From: a virus
Direction: 5' to 3' (one strand)
Virus record (IMG/VR): IMGVR_UViG_3300042563_002443
Length of the DNA: 64,000 bases
The position numbers and the translations under genes are program-made. Under the pieces are notes generated by a model, which had not been told where the DNA came from, did no database searches, and saw only the letters and a program-made list of their open reading frames with translations. Positions within the stretch are counted from its first letter, which is position 1. Each line of letters opens with the position of its first letter. Positions 59,583-64,000 of the stretch are shown in pieces.

Positions 59583-60802
59583 TGCCTAGATTGAATAGAC
59601 AGGATATTGATCGTAAAACCAATAAACCTAATCCAAAACAAACGGAAGGGGTATCTAACGATTCAATTTTAAATCGGGCAGAACAATTGCGACGCGACGA
59701 TGATATAATTCGTACGCCAAAACGTACAACATATGATATTGATCATGCAATTAAATGGTTTATAGAAAATGAAATACAACCACAACTAGAAACCAACAAT
59801 CAAACAATTCCAGTCCCGGTAATATTTGCTGCCGGAGAGAAATGGGATAATGTACGTCGTTTAGGTTATATGCGAGATGAAAAAGGAATGATTCAATCTC
59901 CAATGATCATGTTAAAACGAAACAGTGTATCGGAACGAGACTCAGTTAAATCATTGGATGTGAATCGACCTCAATCTGAAAACGTGCGGATCTATCAAAC
60001 AAAATACAATGAACGCAATCGGTATGAAGATGATTTATTTCCAATACCAACCAATCAACCAAATGAATCTATTAAAGTTTATGTTGTAGACATTCCTAAA
60101 TATGTAACAATTGAATATGATATGATGTTGTGGTGTGATTTTACAACACAAATGAATTCATTGGTTGATCAAATTTTACCATACGGTCGATTTGCTTGGG
60201 GAAATGAACAAAATCGTTTTACTACTACAATTGGAAGCATAAGTTTCGAAACAGTTAATACGGTGGGAGAAGATAGATTGGTTCGAGCAACTATTCCATT
60301 AACTGTATTAGGAACATTGTTATCAGAACAAGAAGCACGACGTTCAACTTTAAAGAAAATGTATTCAATTAAAAAATTAACATTTGAACAAGTGATTGAT
60401 ATTGAATCAGATATATTTAGCACAACAATTGTGCCAGCACAAATAATTCAAGCACAAAATATTATTAATAGTGGCGGAACTGTTATTGTTAGTGGTGGAG
60501 GAAGCTCTACTACAATTGATTCTGCAGTATTATTATATTTAACAGAATTATCAGATAAACAAGCAACATGGGCAAGTACAACTACAGTTACTATACCATA
60601 CGCAGTAGGATTAAACCCAGCAACAATGTTAGCAGCAACTAAAAATGAATTCAATGTTTATGTTAACGGTCAATATATTGATAAAGCAGTATATGCATGG
60701 ACACCAACTTTAACAACACAATCAATTGTATTTGATACCAGCATATTAGGATACACACTAGATGCTACAGACACAATAATTGTAAATGGGAGATGGGCAT
60801 AA
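59582..60802 (+). CDS. tail terminator/sheath stabiliser (gp15-like) with C-terminal extension
   Basis: VPVIFAAGEKW...P.YVTIEY...QMNSLVDQILP. Confidence 0.7.
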   Translation: MPRLNRQDIDRKTNKPNPKQTEGVSNDSILNRAEQLRRDDDIIRTPKRTTYDIDHAIKWFIENEIQPQLETNNQTIPVPVIFAAGEKWDNVRRLGYMRDEKGMIQSPMIMLKRNSVSERDSVKSLDVNRPQSENVRIYQTKYNERNRYEDDLFPIPTNQPNESIKVYVVDIPKYVTIEYDMMLWCDFTTQMNSLVDQILPYGRFAWGNEQNRFTTTIGSISFETVNTVGEDRLVRATIPLTVLGTLLSEQEARRSTLKKMYSIKKLTFEQVIDIESDIFSTTIVPAQIIQAQNIINSGGTVIVSGGGSSTTIDSAVLLYLTELSDKQATWASTTTVTIPYAVGLNPATMLAATKNEFNVYVNGQYIDKAVYAWTPTLTTQSIVFDTSILGYTLDATDTIIVNGRWA

Positions 60803-62613
60803 TGGCAAGACAATTTAAACCAGGTCAATTACAAACCGGATCCTTATTCAATATATCTTCCTCTTACGCATTAACAGCCTCTTTTGCGTTAAACGGAGGA
60901 AGCGGAGGCAGCTCATTCCCATACACCGGATCAGCAAGAATTACAGGTTCATTAGTAGTTACTGGAAGTGTTAAAGCAACTGCCGGATTTACTGGATCAC
61001 TACAAGGTACTGCAACCTTTGCTAATGCTACAAATACATCCTTCTATGCAGATACAGCAAATAGTGCAGCATTTGCAGCAGCTCCATCAGGTGATTGGGT
61101 TCCTGCAAAACCAGACGGTGGTGGTTTTTCACAATACAATTTAGGATCACCCGAATCCGCATGGAATCATTTATATATCAGAGATCGTACTATATTCTTT
61201 TTGTCAGAAAGTATTGGAGCTCCAACAATATCTAGTAGTCTTAGTGTTGAAGAAGATCCGGATGGATCCTCTCGTTTTATATTAGGTACTAAAGAGCCAG
61301 GTAGTACAAAGAAAAACATAGTTATATCAGATAAAGGAGCATCCTTAGCTATAACTGCTTCATATGCATTAACGGCTTCTTATGCCCAAAATGCACAAAC
61401 TGCATCATTTTTTAGTGGCTCAGCATCAAATGCAGTAAGTGCTTCATATGCATTAACGGCTTCTTATGCCCAAAATGCACAAACTGCATCATTTATTAAC
61501 CCAACGTTTATATCGCAATCTGCAGCTGCTAGCGGATTTGGTGCAGGGGTTACATATGTGTCTGCTAGCAATAATCCATTAAATGAAATTGAAGTAGCTG
61601 ATTATGATAGCAACGTAGCTGTAACATTCGTTAACGGAAGACTTAAATTTATATTTGGAACACCTACAGTACCATCGGCCCCAGTAGCTTCTTTTAATAG
61701 CACATTTGCAACGGATAGATTTAATCAGGTATTCGATGCTTATACGGTTACGGGAACAATAGCAGTAGGTGGATATACTTTAATAAGTGCATCACTATAC
61801 GAAGGTGGTGTTTTATTAACAAGTACTGGATCACTAGCAACTCAATTAGTTTATAACACAACTACAACTGGAAGTCATACATATAGTCTGCAAGTAACTG
61901 CATCAAGTCCGTTAGACAATACGTTGAACATGCAATCAACTACACTTACAGGATCCTTATCAAAAACCAACCCAGGATCACCAACAATTACACCAACAGC
62001 AACTGTTCAACTAGGCTCAACATCAAACCAAATAGAACAAGGAGCTACAGGTAGTATTTCATTTGTATCAGCTTCTGGAACAGCAAATGGTTGGGTTCAT
62101 AATTTTACTTCAACAAATGTAACATCACCTATATTTGTAACTGGTTCTGCAACTGGATCAAGTTCAATAACCGCAACTGCAACATCCTATTATTCCTCAT
62201 CAGGAGTATTAGGATCTGACAATAGTCCAGCATTGACAATAACATCTTCAAACTCATTCACATATACAAAGATTAGAAGTTTAAGATATGGAGCATCAGC
62301 GGCAACAGCGTTTACATCTACAGAGTTAGAAAATTTAGCTACATGGGATACTGCTCTAGGTGGTACAGTTGGAACTATATCGAAAGGAACAACAACAGCA
62401 AGTGGAGCAACATTAACAATAACTTGGACCGGCGACAAGTATCATTATATAGTATATAATAGCTCACTAGCAAGTTTAACAAACATAACAACGGGTGGAT
62501 TTGGTGTACTTGGTTCATTCACACTAACAACAGTAGGTCAATATAAAGTATATAGATCAAACACACTACAAGCCGGCGGAGCAGGAACAAGTATAACATA
62601 CATATTAACATAA
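60802..62613 (+). CDS. fibre/whisker-like structural protein with ASYALTAS repeats
   Basis: S/T/G-rich; repeated SYALTASYA; start at ATG 60802. Confidence 0.7.
   Translation: MARQFKPGQLQTGSLFNISSSYALTASFALNGGSGGSSFPYTGSARITGSLVVTGSVKATAGFTGSLQGTATFANATNTSFYADTANSAAFAAAPSGDWVPAKPDGGGFSQYNLGSPESAWNHLYIRDRTIFFLSESIGAPTISSSLSVEEDPDGSSRFILGTKEPGSTKKNIVISDKGASLAITASYALTASYAQNAQTASFFSGSASNAVSASYALTASYAQNAQTASFINPTFISQSAAASGFGAGVTYVSASNNPLNEIEVADYDSNVAVTFVNGRLKFIFGTPTVPSAPVASFNSTFATDRFNQVFDAYTVTGTIAVGGYTLISASLYEGGVLLTSTGSLATQLVYNTTTTGSHTYSLQVTASSPLDNTLNMQSTTLTGSLSKTNPGSPTITPTATVQLGSTSNQIEQGATGSISFVSASGTANGWVHNFTSTNVTSPIFVTGSATGSSSITATATSYYSSSGVLGSDNSPALTITSSNSFTYTKIRSLRYGASAATAFTSTELENLATWDTALGGTVGTISKGTTTASGATLTITWTGDKYHYIVYNSSLASLTNITTGGFGVLGSFTLTTVGQYKVYRSNTLQAGGAGTSITYILT
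61357..61494 (+). repeat. exact 54-bp direct repeat (61357-61410 and 61441-61494)
   Basis: GCTTCATATGCATTAACGGCTTCTTATGCCCAAAATGCACAAACTGCATCATTT occurs twice. Confidence 0.9.
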
Positions 62614-62621
62614 GATAAAAG

Positions 62622-63137
62622 ATGGCAATTATATTACCTAGTGGGTTTAACATTACTAACGTCGATCCGATTGATGCAAGGTTTTCGGTTTCAAACCAAA
62701 CCGCGCGTCTAGGATTTTCTGCTGCTAATGTCTACGAGGGGTTGGTGGTATATCAACAAGATACGAATGAGCTTTATGTTTTAACAGATACCGGTAGCTA
62801 TAACTCAAACGCAGGATGGACATTAGTTGGTGCAGGAGCCGGAGGTACCTTTATAGCAACCGGAAGTGTTACTGCAAGTGTTGATGTATCCGGAGATATT
62901 TTTATTATTAGATCCGCAAGCTACAATCCATTCACAGTGTCAGGCACTGGGTTGACAACTATATCTGGAAGTGCTGCTAACCTATTCTTAATTAAGAATG
63001 CTAGCAATCAACCCGTATTAACCGTATCACAAAGTGGTGTGTTAACTTTAGCAACGTCATCAGTCGAATTAACCGGAACAGCTCCAAATGGAGCAATATA
63101 TTTCACATCAAACTCATTATTTGTAGGATTAGATTAA
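62622..63137 (+). CDS. structural/fibre-associated protein
   Basis: PIDAR...YEGLVVY...LYVL...W module typical of phage fibre proteins. Confidence 0.65.
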   Translation: MAIILPSGFNITNVDPIDARFSVSNQTARLGFSAANVYEGLVVYQQDTNELYVLTDTGSYNSNAGWTLVGAGAGGTFIATGSVTASVDVSGDIFIIRSASYNPFTVSGTGLTTISGSAANLFLIKNASNQPVLTVSQSGVLTLATSSVELTGTAPNGAIYFTSNSLFVGLD

Positions 63138-63182
63138 AAATTAAACAAGTATCATATTTATTAAAAAAAGGAAAACCATACC

Positions 63183-64000
63183 ATGGCAGAATGGAAAAAA
63201 GTAATAGTCTCGGGTAGTACCGCCCAATTAGCAACATTACAAGTTGGTTCAAACCAACAAATTACAAATTTACAAGCAACTACATTTTTAACAGGATCGT
63301 TTACGGGTTCATTTAAAGGCGATGGATCAGCATTAACAGGCGTTTTAGCAACATCATTAGATATCGATGCATTTGGTTCAGACTTAACAGGTATTACTGT
63401 TGTAGCAACCGACAAATTACCTTTATCAGATGCAGGTACTGAAGGTCGTATTAACGTAGGTCAATTAGCTACTCCATTAGCAGGTACAGGATTAGAAGCC
63501 AATTCTAATACAATTCGTATTGCTGCTGCAGCAGCAGGAAATGGTTTAACCGGTGGAGCTGGATCTGCATTAGCAGTTGGAGCAGGTACACACATTACCG
63601 TTAACACTGATGACATTGCAGTTAATACAGCAACGTTAATACCAGCAATATCTGGTTCAATTTTAACTACAGTATCAGGCGATATCGCAATTACAGCATT
63701 AGGTGTTGCAACGATACAAGCTAACTCAGTAGCATTAGGTACTGATACAACTGGAGATTACGTTGCTAGCATTACATCAGGTGCTGGTTTAACGGGTGGT
63801 GCATCTGGAGAAGGCTCAACACCGACTCTAGCAGTAGGAGCTGGTACGCACATCACTGTCAACGTTGATGATGTAGCAGTTAACACCACAACATTAATAC
63901 CTGCAATTTCAGGATCTATCTTAACAAATATTTCTGGAGATATTACAATTACCGCAGCTGGAGTTTCTTCAATTGGAACGGGAGTAATTGTTAATGCAGA
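63183..64000 (+). CDS. fibre-like structural protein, truncated by the window end (not in ORF track)
   Basis: MAEWKKVIVSGS...; late box at 63154 and AAGGA SD; duplicated LAVGAGTHITVNxDDxAVNTxTLIPAISGSILT unit. Confidence 0.8.
   Translation, partial: MAEWKKVIVSGSTAQLATLQVGSNQQITNLQATTFLTGSFTGSFKGDGSALTGVLATSLDIDAFGSDLTGITVVATDKLPLSDAGTEGRINVGQLATPLAGTGLEANSNTIRIAAAAAGNGLTGGAGSALAVGAGTHITVNTDDIAVNTATLIPAISGSILTTVSGDIAITALGVATIQANSVALGTDTTGDYVASITSGAGLTGGASGEGSTPTLAVGAGTHITVNVDDVAVNTTTLIPAISGSILTNISGDITITAAGVSSIGTGVIVNA

Noticed and set aside
61357-61494. Diversity-generating retroelement template/variable repeat pair
   Set aside because: The copies are identical, in frame and adjacent, with no adenine-specific mismatches, and there is no reverse transcriptase in the window
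291-63415. Numerous minus-strand ORFs in the track (e.g. 291-611, 1082-1600, 6107-6535, 16481-16927, 51793-52203, 63161-63415)
   Set aside because: They are antisense shadows of well-supported + strand genes, with no promoter/SD context or recognisable motifs; only 10976-11605 is supported
1-64000. Stop-codon reassignment, as seen in some large phages
   Set aside because: Core genes are full length and densely packed in code 11
1-64000. CRISPR array, tRNA or rRNA genes
   Set aside because: No regularly spaced repeat-spacer pattern or cloverleaf was seen in the short intergenic gaps; not machine-scanned

Overview
This window is a 64-kb segment of a large, AT-rich, T4-like (myovirus-type) phage genome. 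It is almost entirely + strand and reads cleanly in genetic code 11. The host is most likely Bacteroidota, based on Hc1-like and DUF4494-like small genes, signal peptides followed by Gln, and a Bacteroidota-type bS21. From left to right it contains: (1) a short cassette of small genes and a striking G-rich non-coding block (781-1097); (2) proteins sharing an N-terminal MI(K/R)LKx(L/I)LxE leader, including an ART-like protein and an M23/lysozyme hydrolase; (3) accessory and DNA-metabolism genes (methyltransferase, UvsE, HD hydrolase) and a gp55-like late sigma factor; (4) a baseplate module, a minimal kinase, a T7 endonuclease I-like resolvase, primase and a fused Mre11-Rad50; (5) fibre genes and a three-domain NTase/RNase-like/ligase-like protein; (6) the head module (terminase, portal, protease, bS21, scaffold, major capsid), PhoH, neck genes and further fibres. 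Regulatory patterns read directly from the DNA are about 20 strand-coupled ATATTTAT late-promoter boxes, seven TT(G/T)GA(A/T)-N17-TAT(A/T)(A/T)T promoters, and five terminators ending in TTTTACTG. Many late genes carry AAGGA-type Shine-Dalgarno motifs, whereas the inspected non-late genes, including bS21, do not. The best candidate systems are a bS21/Shine-Dalgarno translational switch, a leader-tagged set of capsid-packaged effector enzymes, and an (S/T)-(G/A)-S motif enriched in virion-surface proteins. All family calls come from motif recognition by eye; no database searches were run.
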